Source: Geotalea daltonii FRC-32 (GTDB lineage: Bacteria; Desulfobacterota; Desulfuromonadia; Geobacterales; Geobacteraceae). Taken from it: a DNA stretch of 32,000 nt. The notes under the pieces were generated by a model. It was not told the DNA's origin. It was given only the letters and a program-made list of their open reading frames with translations, and made no database searches. Made by a program: the position numbers and the translations under genes. The stretch spans positions 3,030,001-3,062,000 of the forward strand of contig NC_011979.1 in assembly GCF_000022265.1 (NCBI RefSeq), given 5' to 3'. This document shows, piece after piece, positions 8,376 through 17,465 of the stretch; the first letter of the stretch is position 1, and the number at the start of each line of letters is the position of its first letter.

Positions 8376-10324
8376 CTGTCCGCTCCTAGCTCAGTAATTC
8401 TATCCTCTAAATTTGCAAGTGTACGGGCTATTTTCGTCACCAGCGCCCCGTTGGTAAATGGTTTGGCTATAAAGGGAGTGCCATTTTCCAGGATCTTCTC
8501 GAAGTTGACCTTGTCATCGGTGTGTCCGGACATGAATATGACTTTCAACGCGGAATTTTTTTGGGTTAATGCCTCGGCCAGTTTCGGCCCGTTCATGAAC
8601 GGCATCACCACATCCGATAAAAGAAGATCTATTTCATTCCCGCGCTGATCGAAAATTTCCAGGGCTTCAAGGGGATCGGTCGTCCCAATGATATTGAAGC
8701 CTTTATTTTTCAATGTATGCGTGACCAGGTTCAATACTCCCGGTTCATCTTCGACCACGAGTATGGTGTGGCTTCCCTCGGCAGGTACTTCTGGTACAAG
8801 TTTCACCGGCGTATTCTGCTGCTTTAACCTGGGCAGGTAAATCCGGAAGGTGGTGCCTTTTTCCAACTCACTGGCCACGTCAATATAGCCGCCATTCTGC
8901 TTGACGATACCATAAACCGTGGCAAGCCCCAGACCTGTACCGCGTCCCATTTCCTTTGTAGTGAAAAAAGGCTCGAATAGCCGGCTTTTTACTTCTTCTG
9001 TCATGCCGGTACCATTGTCGGTAACGGCGAGCATGACATAGCCTCCCATGACGGAACCAGGGTGTGTCGATGCGAAAGACTGGTCAATTTCAGCATTCGT
9101 CGTTGCAATGCTCATCATACCACCGTCTTTCATGGCATCCCCCGCATTGACAACCAGGTTCATGACGATCTGCTCCACCTGTCCCGGATCAATCTTGATC
9201 AGGTCGATATCCTCGGCCAGAGATGTCTCCAGATAAATATGCTCACCGACAACCCTGTGGAGCATTTTTTCTATGCCACGTATCTGATCATTGAGATTCA
9301 ACATCCTGGGGGCCAGAATCTGTCTGCGGCTGAAGGTCAGCAGCTGCCGTGTCAGGTCTGCGGCACGGTCTCCTGCCTTCAAGATTTGTTCAGCCTCCTG
9401 ATGCTGTGGGCTTTCCCGGTCCAGGGACCGGAGCAATAGAGTGCTGTAACCATTGATAATGGTGAGAAGATTGTTGAAATCATGGGCTATGCCGCCGGCA
9501 AGCTGGCCCAATGCTTCCATTTTCTGTGCCTGTCGCAACTGTTCGAATGCTTTTTTCCTCTCGGTTATGTCCAGAAGGGTGCCTATAATGGCAGGTCTGC
9601 CGTTGAGCTCGGTTTTCGTCCCGTGCATTTCCAGCTGCAGATCTTTGCCGCACTTACCCTGTCCCCTGAAATAACAGGGGGGACCCTTGTCGGAATAACC
9701 CAGTATTGTCTCGCAGATTTCAGAGACAGCCTGCCGGTCTTCATCAATAACCAGATCGAGAAGCGCTCTGCCGTCGACCAGTTCGCTCTGCTGAAAATTG
9801 AAAATCTCCGCAAATTTGGGATTCACATAGGAAAAAATCCCGTCCTGCAGGAGGTATATGCCCACAAGTGACTGCTCTACCAGGCTTTTAAAGCGCGCTT
9901 CGGTGGCATGAAGGGCTGCTTCGGCTTTACGTCTTTTATCTCGATCCGATGCTTCCTTAAGCTCCCGTTTTATAGCCGGTATGAGACGGCTGAGGTTTCC
10001 CTTGACCAGATAGTCGTGGGCGCCGGCTCTCATTGCTTCAACGGCAAGCTCCTCGCCCATCTGACCTGAAACCATGATGAACGGGAGATCCCGATTCTGC
10101 TGATGAAGGATGCTTATAGCCGCAAGTCCACTGAACTCCGGCATGACGTAGTCGGAAACAACCACATCCCATTTACCCTTTTCAATGGCGGAAAGCATTG
10201 CCTCTTCCGTTTCGACACGCTCCATTGCCGGACTGAATTCCTTTTTCAGTTCCCTGACGAGTAGGACGGCATCTTCAGGAGAATCATCGATAATAAGTAT
10301 TCGGAGCGGCGGCTTCATGATCAC
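8372..10324 (-). CDS. Soluble hybrid sensor histidine kinase (REC - PAS - HisKA - HATPase_c - REC)
   Basis: 650 aa. The N-terminal REC has [20 protein letters not shown] and the conserved Lys in YLVKGN. The PAS domain includes [29 protein letters not shown]. The H-box is [13 protein letters not shown], the N box is [10 protein letters not shown], and the G boxes are DNGTGM and [11 protein letters not shown]. The C-terminal REC has [19 protein letters not shown] and KPF. There is no hydrophobic TM segment. The start is GTG at 10324 or ATG at 10318. Confidence 0.9.
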   Translation of the reverse strand: MIMKPPLRILIIDDSPEDAVLLVRELKKEFSPAMERVETEEAMLSAIEKGKWDVVVSDYVMPEFSGLAAISILHQQNRDLPFIMVSGQMGEELAVEAMRAGAHDYLVKGNLSRLIPAIKRELKEASDRDKRRKAEAALHATEARFKSLVEQSLVGIYLLQDGIFSYVNPKFAEIFNFQQSELVDGRALLDLVIDEDRQAVSEICETILGYSDKGPPCYFRGQGKCGKDLQLEMHGTKTELNGRPAIIGTLLDITERKKAFEQLRQAQKMEALGQLAGGIAHDFNNLLTIINGYSTLLLRSLDRESPQHQEAEQILKAGDRAADLTRQLLTFSRRQILAPRMLNLNDQIRGIEKMLHRVVGEHIYLETSLAEDIDLIKIDPGQVEQIVMNLVVNAGDAMKDGGMMSIATTNAEIDQSFASTHPGSVMGGYVMLAVTDNGTGMTEEVKSRLFEPFFTTKEMGRGTGLGLATVYGIVKQNGGYIDVASELEKGTTFRIYLPRLKQQNTPVKLVPEVPAEGSHTILVVEDEPGVLNLVTHTLKNKGFNIIGTTDPLEALEIFDQRGNEIDLLLSDVVMPFMNGPKLAEALTQKNSALKVIFMSGHTDDKVNFEKILENGTPFIAKPFTNGALVTKIARTLANLEDRITELGADR

Positions 10325-10574
10325 CTGCTTGAAAAGTTGACAATCAGTGTTCTTATCGGGCTGCAGCAGGAATATGTTAACAAATTGTTTGCAGTTGCGG
10401 CAATATGAAGAAGTTTAGTGCCTGTTGTTTCGCAAGCCACTGATTTTTCAGCACAAATTGCCTTGACGCAAGTACGGCCACAGCGAATATGGATAATAGC
10501 GGGAGAACTAGTTTAATAAATCCGATAAATATGCTAAAAAGCAAATGACCTGAAATCATTGCTGGAGGACCCGG

Positions 10575-11744
10575 GTGTTCAAATCTACCCATAAGCGTAA
10601 TTGTTATATAAGCTTTCGATTAATATTGTTTCTGCTTTTGCTCAACTTTCTGTTGACCGGCTGTGCCAAGAAAAAGGAAAAACCCAAAGGAAAGCCTCCA
10701 GTGCCGGTTGCCGTAGCCACCGTCCAACAGAAGACTGTGCCCATAACCGTCAATGCCGTCGGCAATGTGGAACCCTTTAACAGCGTACCGGTCAAGGCAC
10801 AGGTCAACGGGATTATTTCCAGGGTTCATTTCCGTGAGGGACAGGATGTGCAGAAGGGAGACCTCCTTTTTACCATAGACCCCGGAACTTACCGTGCCGC
10901 GTTGAAACAGGCGGAGGCAAACCTGGCCCGGGACCTGGCGCTGGCCAGGAACGCTGAGGAACAGGCAGGACGTTATGCAGCGCTGGTGAAAGATGGAATC
11001 GTCACCCAGGAACAATATGACCAGCTAAAAACTAATGCAGAAGCCTTTTCCGCAGCGGTGGCTGCAGACAGGGCTGCTGTGGAAAATGCCAGAATACAGT
11101 TATCCTACTGTTATATCCGTTCACCTATCCCCGGCCGTACCGGCAGTCTGCTGGTAAATGTGGGCTCTCTCGTCAAAGGCAACGATACTGCTGCTCTGGT
11201 TACCATCAACCAGATATCTCCCATTTATGTCAGTTTTACCGTTCCTGAAAAACAGCTTGCTGCCATCAATACACAAGTAGCTGGTGGCAGTATGATTGTG
11301 GAGGCACTGGTGCCCAATGATGCGCAGGGAAGTTTGCGCGGTGTCGTCAGCTTTCTCGACAATACCGTCGACACGACCACCGGCACCATTCGTCTCAAAG
11401 GCACTTTTCCCAATGGCGACAGACGTCTGTGGCCCGGGCAGTTCGTTAATGTATCGCTTATCCTTGGCACCAGGCCAAACGCCATTGTAATTCCTGCCGC
11501 CGCTGTGCAGACCTCCCAGCAGGGTCAATTCGTCTTTGTAATCGGTGCCGATAAAAAAGCGGAGCTGAGACCCATATCTCCCAGCATTAGTGACAAGGGC
11601 CTGGTAGTGATCGACCATGGGCTGCGTCCTGGAGAAGTAGTCGTTACCGATGGGGTGATGAGACTGACCCCTGGCGCTCAGATTGAAATCAAAAAAGGGG
11701 GACCGGGAAAGCTGCAGCCGTCTTCACCAATGGGACAAAAATAG
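10575..11744 (+). CDS. RND efflux periplasmic adaptor (membrane fusion protein), lipoprotein
   Basis: 389 aa. The lipobox is LLTGC. The MFP lipoyl-like motif is VNGIISRVHFREGQDVQKGDLLFTIDP. An alpha-hairpin segment and beta-barrel / membrane-proximal domains follow (IRSPIPGRTG, VVIPAAAVQTSQQGQFVFV). The GTG start has the SD sequence GGAGGA 5 nt upstream. Confidence 0.88.
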   Translation: MFKSTHKRNCYISFRLILFLLLLNFLLTGCAKKKEKPKGKPPVPVAVATVQQKTVPITVNAVGNVEPFNSVPVKAQVNGIISRVHFREGQDVQKGDLLFTIDPGTYRAALKQAEANLARDLALARNAEEQAGRYAALVKDGIVTQEQYDQLKTNAEAFSAAVAADRAAVENARIQLSYCYIRSPIPGRTGSLLVNVGSLVKGNDTAALVTINQISPIYVSFTVPEKQLAAINTQVAGGSMIVEALVPNDAQGSLRGVVSFLDNTVDTTTGTIRLKGTFPNGDRRLWPGQFVNVSLILGTRPNAIVIPAAAVQTSQQGQFVFVIGADKKAELRPISPSISDKGLVVIDHGLRPGEVVVTDGVMRLTPGAQIEIKKGGPGKLQPSSPMGQK

Positions 11745-11794
11745 CTTTCTCAACCCGAGTTACCCGCAAATAACAGTTTCAGGTCAAAGGTGCC

Positions 11795-14700
11795 ATGCAC
11801 ATCTCTGAACTCTTCATAAAACGTCCGGTCATGACATCGCTGATCATGCTGGCTGTCATGGTTTTCGGCCTTTTTGCCTATCGTCTTCTGCCGGTCAATG
11901 ACCTGCCGCGCATCGATTACCCCACCATCCAAGTTACCGCAAACCTGTCCGGGGCAAGCCCTGAGACCATGGCCAGTGCCGTAGCCACACCGTTGGAAAG
12001 GCAGTTTTCCACCATCTCCGGATTGGATTCCATGAGTTCCACCAACGGCCAGGGTGTTTCCATCATTGTTCTTAAGTTCGACCTGGACCGGGATATCGAT
12101 GCTGCTGCCCTGGACGTGCAGGCGGCAATCTCCAAGGCCGCCCGTCAACTGCCACAGGACATGCCCAATCCACCGTCGTTCCAGAAAGTTAATCCTGCCG
12201 ACCAGGCCGTGCTCTATCTGGCGCTGAGTTCACAGACCCTTCCATTGTCGGCGGTCAATGAGTATGCGGACACGATTATCGCCCCACGGATTTCCATGAT
12301 CAGCGGTGTTGCCCAGGTACAGGTCAACGGTTCGCAAAAATATGCCGTTCGGGTACAGCTGGACCCCAATGCCATAACTTCCTTGAAAATAGGCCTGGAC
12401 GAGGTTGCTGCCGCACTTGACAGGTGGAACGTCAATCTGCCCACCGGGGGCCTGCAGGGGGAACGTCAGGCATTCACCATTCAGGCCACAGGACAGTTAT
12501 ACAATGCTGAGGCTTTTAAGTCGCTCATTGTTGCCTACCGCGGCAACTCCCCCGTCAGGCTTTCAGACATAGCCACAGTTTCGGATAGTGTTGAAAACGA
12601 TAAAGTCGCTGCCTGGTACAACACCAAGGGAAAATCCACCCGGGCCATCATTCTGGCCGTCCAGCGCCAGCCGGGGACCAATACCATTGAAGTCGTCGAC
12701 AGCATCAAGAAGCAGATTCCCAGCTTTCGCAGCCAGATTCCCGCTTCGGTACAGCTCGATGTTTTTTTCGACCGCACGGTTACCATCAGGGAATCGGTTG
12801 CCGATGTGAAGTTCACCCTGCTGTTGACTATCGCCCTGGTTATCCTGGTCATATTTCTCTTTCTGCGCAATCTCTCCGCTACGGTCATCCCCAGTCTTGC
12901 CCTGCCGCTGTCCATCATCGGCACCTTTGCCGCCATGTACGCCTTCGGTTTTTCCGTCAACAACATCACGCTGATGGCACTTACCCTGTCGGTGGGCTTC
13001 GTTGTCGATGATGCCATCGTCATGCTGGAAAACATCGTCCGCCACATGGAGCATGGCGAGAATCCCCACGAAGCGGCATTACGCGGCTCTCGGGAAATAG
13101 GTTTCACCATTATTTCCATGACCATTTCCCTGGTGGCGGTCTTTATACCGGTGCTGTTCATGTCGGGGATGCTGGGCAGGATGCTCCATGAATTTGCCGT
13201 CACCATTACCGTCGCCATTCTTATCTCCGGCCTGGTGTCCCTTTCCCTTACCCCCATGCTCTGCAGTCGCTTTCTCAAACCGCCGGCAGAGGTTCGGCAC
13301 GGAAAGTTCTACAACTTCATGGAGCGTTTTTTTCAGGGAATGCTTGATCTGTACCGGCTGACCTTGTCCAGGGTTTTAAGGTACCGGCGCACGACGATGC
13401 TGATAACTCTGGTGATGACTGCCATCACCATCTGGCTTTTTATGATAATGCCCATGGGGCTGTTGCCATCCGATGACATCGGTGCCATCTCGGCTCCCAC
13501 AGAGGGTGCCCAGGGCGTGTCATTCGAGGAGATGAAACGGCACCAGCAGGAACTGGCAAAGATTGTCCTGCAGGAGCCGAATATAGAGGCTTTCATGTCC
13601 ACAGTGGGGGCCAGCGGCTCCCGCGTCGGTTCCAACAGCGGTTTCATGTTCATAAAGCTGAAGCCGCGCCATGAGAGAAACCTGAACGCGGACCAGATCA
13701 TCCAGAAACTGCGGCCGAAGGTGATGGGCATTCCGGGCATCACCATGTTCATGAACAATCTCCCACCGATCCGTCTCGAAGCGACATCATCCAAGTTACA
13801 GTATCAGTTCGTTCTGCAGAGTCCGGATACGGAGGATCTCTACCAGAACGCCTCTGCATTCGAGACGAAGCTGCGCGGGCTGCCCATGCTTCAGGAGGTG
13901 ACCAGCGACCTGCAGTTGAAAAACCCGCAGATCAATCTGCAACTGGATCGTGACCGGGCTGCGGCCTTGGGGATAACTGCAGAACGCATCGAAGACACCC
14001 TTTTTTCCGCATACGGAAGCCGTCAGGTTTCCACCATCTATTCGCCGACAAATCAGTACAGGGTAATCATGGAACTGGCTCCCCAATATCAGTCTGATCC
14101 GGCAGCCCTGTCCATGCTCTATGTGAGGTCCAATGCCGGACAACTGGTGCCGCTTTCCTCCCTGGCAACTCTGACTACGGGGGTGGGGCCACTGTCGGTC
14201 AATCATCTGGGGCAGATAACCTCAGTCACAGTCTCTTTCAACATCAAACCCGGAACTCCATTGGGTGATGCGGTGGCAGCCGTGGAAAACGAAGCAAAAT
14301 CGCTGCCTGCGTCCATTACCACCGGTTTCCAGGGAACAGCGCAGGTTTACCAGGCTTCTACCAAAGGACTGGCCCTTCTGCTGATCATGGCCATTTTAGT
14401 CATTTATATCGTTCTGGGAATCCTGTACGAGAGCTACATCCATCCGCTGACCATTCTTTCAGGGCTACCCTCCGCCGGTTTCGGCGCCTTGATCACGCTT
14501 CTCATCTTCGGCAAGGACCTGAACCTGTATTCATTTGTCGGGATCATCATGTTGGTGGGAATCGTCAAGAAAAACGCCATCATGATGATCGATTTCGCCC
14601 TGGAGGCGCAGCGGAATCAGGGCTTGAGCCCCCTCGACGCCATCTATGAAGGTTGTCTCGTCCGTTTTCGGCCGATCATGATGACCACCATGGCGGCGCT

Positions 14701-14911
14701 GATGGGCACATTGCCCATTGCCATGGGTTTCGGTGCCGGCGCAGAATCCAGACGGCCTTTGGGGCTGGCAGTTGTCGGCGGGCTTCTCGTTTCCCAGCTC
14801 CTGACCCTCTTCATTACGCCGGTCGTCTACTATTACATGGACCGTTTTCAGCAGTTTCTCCGCAGCAGGGCAGGGAAGAAAGGGCCGATCTCTGAAACAA
14901 ATGTGCCATGA
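11795..14911 (+). CDS. RND multidrug efflux permease (HAE1 family, AcrB/MdtB/MdtC-like)
   Basis: 1038 aa. The N-terminus MHISELFIKRPVMTSLIMLAVMVFG is canonical. There are two large periplasmic loops and repeated 6-TM halves, with VGFVVDDAIVMLENI in TM4 (proton-relay DD). Confidence 0.95.
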   Translation: MHISELFIKRPVMTSLIMLAVMVFGLFAYRLLPVNDLPRIDYPTIQVTANLSGASPETMASAVATPLERQFSTISGLDSMSSTNGQGVSIIVLKFDLDRDIDAAALDVQAAISKAARQLPQDMPNPPSFQKVNPADQAVLYLALSSQTLPLSAVNEYADTIIAPRISMISGVAQVQVNGSQKYAVRVQLDPNAITSLKIGLDEVAAALDRWNVNLPTGGLQGERQAFTIQATGQLYNAEAFKSLIVAYRGNSPVRLSDIATVSDSVENDKVAAWYNTKGKSTRAIILAVQRQPGTNTIEVVDSIKKQIPSFRSQIPASVQLDVFFDRTVTIRESVADVKFTLLLTIALVILVIFLFLRNLSATVIPSLALPLSIIGTFAAMYAFGFSVNNITLMALTLSVGFVVDDAIVMLENIVRHMEHGENPHEAALRGSREIGFTIISMTISLVAVFIPVLFMSGMLGRMLHEFAVTITVAILISGLVSLSLTPMLCSRFLKPPAEVRHGKFYNFMERFFQGMLDLYRLTLSRVLRYRRTTMLITLVMTAITIWLFMIMPMGLLPSDDIGAISAPTEGAQGVSFEEMKRHQQELAKIVLQEPNIEAFMSTVGASGSRVGSNSGFMFIKLKPRHERNLNADQIIQKLRPKVMGIPGITMFMNNLPPIRLEATSSKLQYQFVLQSPDTEDLYQNASAFETKLRGLPMLQEVTSDLQLKNPQINLQLDRDRAAALGITAERIEDTLFSAYGSRQVSTIYSPTNQYRVIMELAPQYQSDPAALSMLYVRSNAGQLVPLSSLATLTTGVGPLSVNHLGQITSVTVSFNIKPGTPLGDAVAAVENEAKSLPASITTGFQGTAQVYQASTKGLALLLIMAILVIYIVLGILYESYIHPLTILSGLPSAGFGALITLLIFGKDLNLYSFVGIIMLVGIVKKNAIMMIDFALEAQRNQGLSPLDAIYEGCLVRFRPIMMTTMAALMGTLPIAMGFGAGAESRRPLGLAVVGGLLVSQLLTLFITPVVYYYMDRFQQFLRSRAGKKGPISETNVP

Positions 14912-14926
14912 ACCGGCAAGGAGCTG

Positions 14927-15955
14927 ATGATGCTTATCAATGACGAGATTCAGAAACAACTTCTCCAATTGTTCGCCAAGTCTTCCAACTTGCCTAAAGT
15001 TGAGGCAGAACAGCAATCGGCCTCCCAGCTGCAACTGACACCCGGGCAGCAGGTCCAGGCCGAGGTTGTGGCAAAACTCCCCAATCATCTCTTTCTGGCC
15101 CGCATTGCCGGTGAACTCTTCAAGATGGAACTTCCCCTGAACGTGCAACCGGGCGAGACCATGCACATGACCTTCGTCAGTGCCGAACCTCGCATTACCT
15201 TCGAGTTGGCGAGGGCCGATAACGGGAAGGTTCCGGTAACTATCAGCACCACCGGAAAGTGGCTCAGCTCTCTGATGAACAGTGTGATTGCCCAGGAAAG
15301 TAGCAGCTCCCAATCCCTGTCACCGATATTGAATGGACCGCCGACAGATACCGAGCTCTTTGCAGTCAGGCTTAAGGAGGCCATGACATTGGGCGGCCTG
15401 TTCTATGAATCCCATTTGGCCGAGTGGGCGCGGGGGGATCGCCAGATCGCCCAACTCCTGGTAGAACCCCAGGGAAAGCTGTCCCGAAGGCTTGTGAATC
15501 CTGATCCAGACTTGCTGCAGAAAGGAAATGAAGGAAACGGCATCTTGCCCAAGAGCATTGCCGAGGAAGCGACAGCTTCTAAACCAGCTGCCGGCTTTAT
15601 TGCAGACCCTCAGACCCTTCCTATTATCAAGGATCAGTTGGCAACCCTCAATTCAGGTGTGCTCATCTGGAATGGTCAGGCCTGGCCGGAACAAAAGGTG
15701 GAAATCTCGGTGCGGGAACGTGAAGCTGACGGTTCAAGTCCGCAGGAAAGGGAGTGGGAAACGTCTCTTCGGCTGCAGCTGCCTGCCCTTGGTGAAATTT
15801 CTGCCACACTGCACCTTTCTGGAGCCGGTCTGAATATAGTTCTGCAGACTGATGACGCCAGGACTGCGGCGATTCTCTTGAAAGGGCTTCCTGTATTGAA
15901 AGAGCGGGTGGATGAAGCGGGAATTAACTTGACCGAGATGGTGATAAAAAGATGA
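14927..15955 (+). CDS. FliK-like protein (C-terminal flagellar hook-length-control / Flg_hook-type domain), non-flagellar context
   Basis: 342 aa. The C-terminal ~70 aa, LRLQLPALGEISATLHLSGAGLNIVLQTDDARTAAILLKGLPVLKERVDEAGINLTEMVI, follows the FliK C-terminal pattern L.L.P.ELG...V.L......V.F......R..L...LP.L...L...GI.L. The SD sequence AAGGAG lies upstream, and the start is 16 nt after the RND stop. Confidence 0.75.
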   Translation: MMLINDEIQKQLLQLFAKSSNLPKVEAEQQSASQLQLTPGQQVQAEVVAKLPNHLFLARIAGELFKMELPLNVQPGETMHMTFVSAEPRITFELARADNGKVPVTISTTGKWLSSLMNSVIAQESSSSQSLSPILNGPPTDTELFAVRLKEAMTLGGLFYESHLAEWARGDRQIAQLLVEPQGKLSRRLVNPDPDLLQKGNEGNGILPKSIAEEATASKPAAGFIADPQTLPIIKDQLATLNSGVLIWNGQAWPEQKVEISVREREADGSSPQEREWETSLRLQLPALGEISATLHLSGAGLNIVLQTDDARTAAILLKGLPVLKERVDEAGINLTEMVIKR

Positions 15956-16272
15956 AAAAGGCGGAGAATGACCTGAAAAAAGCTGTGGCCTTGGCATATA
16001 ACCCGGCTGGAGATTATGCGCCGAGGGTGGTGGCGAAAGGCTGTGGTGTAACTGCAGAAGCAATTATCGCATTGGCAAGGGAAAACGGTGTTTACGTCCA
16101 TGAATCGCCCGATCTGGTGAATCTGCTGCTCAAGGTGGACCAGGATCGCTATATCCCCCCTGAACTGTATCGCGCAGTAGCTGAATTGCTCGCATGGCTC
16201 TATCAGCTGGAACAAACTTCCGCTACGCCTTCCGGCAATGCTGGTAGAGAGGAAAATAAGTCTGGAGAATAA
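15952..16272 (+). CDS. FlhB C-terminal-domain-only protein (FlhB-CC / YlqH-like; EscU/YscU/FlhB family fragment)
   Basis: 106 aa. AVALAYNPAGDYAPRVVAKGCG...IPPELYRAVAELLAWLYQLE matches the FlhB cytoplasmic domain downstream of the NPTH cleavage site. It has no TM region and no NPTH motif. The ATGA start overlaps the preceding gene. Confidence 0.85.
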   Translation: MKKAENDLKKAVALAYNPAGDYAPRVVAKGCGVTAEAIIALARENGVYVHESPDLVNLLLKVDQDRYIPPELYRAVAELLAWLYQLEQTSATPSGNAGREENKSGE

Positions 16273-16382
16273 ATTTAAAGGTTGAATTTAATAGTAAAAA
16301 AAACTTTAATAGCGGATATCTTTTCGAAGAACCGGCTGTCAAGCGGTTGTTCGTGATGTGATGTATCAAGGAGGGTTGGACG

Positions 16383-16826
16383 ATGTCTTCCACAGAACCG
16401 GAAAAACTGTTTGCACGGGGCCTGGCTGCCTTCAAGAGTGATGACACTCTGTCGGCTCTGGTCCTTTTTGAAAAAGCCTGCCAGCTTGATTACAATCCCG
16501 GCTTTGTCTCCTATCTGGCCTTTTGCCTGGCAAAAGAGCGCGGGCAATACAAAAAGGCAATAGCCCTCTGTAAGGAATCCTTGGAGAAAGAACCTGCCAA
16601 CCAGGCCCATTACCTCAACCTGGGCAGGATTCATGTGTTGATGGGCAATAAGCCCGATGCCATTCTGGCATTCAGGGAAGGGCTTTCCTACGGCAACTGT
16701 CCTGAGCTTTCAGACCATCTTGAAAGACTTGGCGCGCGCAAGAAACCTTTCATTCCGTTTCTGAAAAGGAACCATCCCATCAACAAGTTTATCGGCATTA
16801 TTCTGGGCAAGCTGGGACTGAGATAG
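16383..16826 (+). CDS. Small TPR-repeat protein
   Basis: 147 aa. About three TPR-like helical hairpins are visible (LFARGLAAFKSDDTLSALVLFEKACQLDYN, SYLAFCLAKERGQYKKAIALCKESLEKEP, HYLNLGRIHVLMGNKPDAILAFREGL). The C-terminal tail is basic and hydrophobic. The SD sequence is AGGAGGG. Confidence 0.7.
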   Translation: MSSTEPEKLFARGLAAFKSDDTLSALVLFEKACQLDYNPGFVSYLAFCLAKERGQYKKAIALCKESLEKEPANQAHYLNLGRIHVLMGNKPDAILAFREGLSYGNCPELSDHLERLGARKKPFIPFLKRNHPINKFIGIILGKLGLR

Positions 16827-16842
16827 TTCAGGCGGGCAGGTC

Positions 16843-17457
16843 CTACTTCAAATACATGACTTTTCTTCCATCAACTTTCAAGCGACCCTCTGCGAAGAGC
16901 CTGATGGCTTCAGGGAAAATTCGATGTTCTTCCATCTGGATCCTTGCAGAAAGGGTGTCCTCGCTGTCGTTTTCCTCCACCGAAACAGTGGCCTGCATGA
17001 TGATCGGCCCGGTATCGGTGCCTGCATCGACAAAATGAACGGTGCACCCGGTTACCTTTACTCCATACTCTAGGGCCTGTCGTTGGGCATGCAGGCCGGG
17101 AAAGGCCGGTAAAAGGGCCGGATGGATGTTCATGATGGCGTTGGGGAATGCCTCAATGAATCCAGGGGTGATGATGCGCATGAATCCCGCCAGGACCACC
17201 AGTTCTATGCCGTGAGACTGTAAGACCTTAACCAGCTCTGCGTCATAAGCAGTTCTGCCGTTGAAATCGGTGTGTTTCAGGCAGATTGCCGTTATTCCAT
17301 GGCGGCGGGCTCTTTCAAGTGCATAAGCTTTTTCATTATTACTGATGACGCAGGATATGACTGCCGGGAGGGAACCGTCCTGGCAACGGTCAATGATCGA
17401 CTGCAGGTTAGTACCGCTACCGGATACAAGTACTCCTATTTTAAGCCGTTTCCCCAT
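16843..17457 (-). CDS. purN: Phosphoribosylglycinamide formyltransferase
   Basis: KIGVLVSGSGTNLQSII, GFMRII and NIHPALLPAFPG are PurN motifs. I place the start at the internal ATG (MGKRLKIG) because the longer ORF would overlap the purM 3' end. Confidence 0.92.
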   Translation of the reverse strand: MGKRLKIGVLVSGSGTNLQSIIDRCQDGSLPAVISCVISNNEKAYALERARRHGITAICLKHTDFNGRTAYDAELVKVLQSHGIELVVLAGFMRIITPGFIEAFPNAIMNIHPALLPAFPGLHAQRQALEYGVKVTGCTVHFVDAGTDTGPIIMQATVSVEENDSEDTLSARIQMEEHRIFPEAIRLFAEGRLKVDGRKVMYLK

Positions 17458-17465
17458 TGGATGTC

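Noticed and set aside
10325-10574. 250-bp intergenic region checked for a GEMM-type cyclic-dinucleotide riboswitch, a sigma-54 promoter and operators. I noted the overlapping palindromes TGTTAACA (10375-10382) and AACAA-a-TTGTT (10379-10389).
   Set aside because: I could not recognise the conserved GEMM helices or tetraloop-receptor elements, and there is no GG-N10-GC element in correct register. Five-bp-arm palindromes in AT-rich DNA are expected by chance.
10377-10592. 71-aa hydrophobic minus-strand ORF in the divergent region between the kinase and the RND adaptor. It could be a small membrane protein upstream of the kinase.
   Set aside because: The region is AT-rich, which by itself produces Phe/Ile/Leu-rich frames. 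No SD sequence precedes either candidate Met, and the ORF overlaps the adaptor start. It is not supportable without conservation data.
12535-15313. Antisense ORFs of 247, 168, 153, 136 and 260 aa opposite the RND pump and the FliK-like gene.
   Set aside because: All are embedded in strongly supported plus-strand genes. Their translations are Arg/Met/Ser-rich nonsense without domain signatures.
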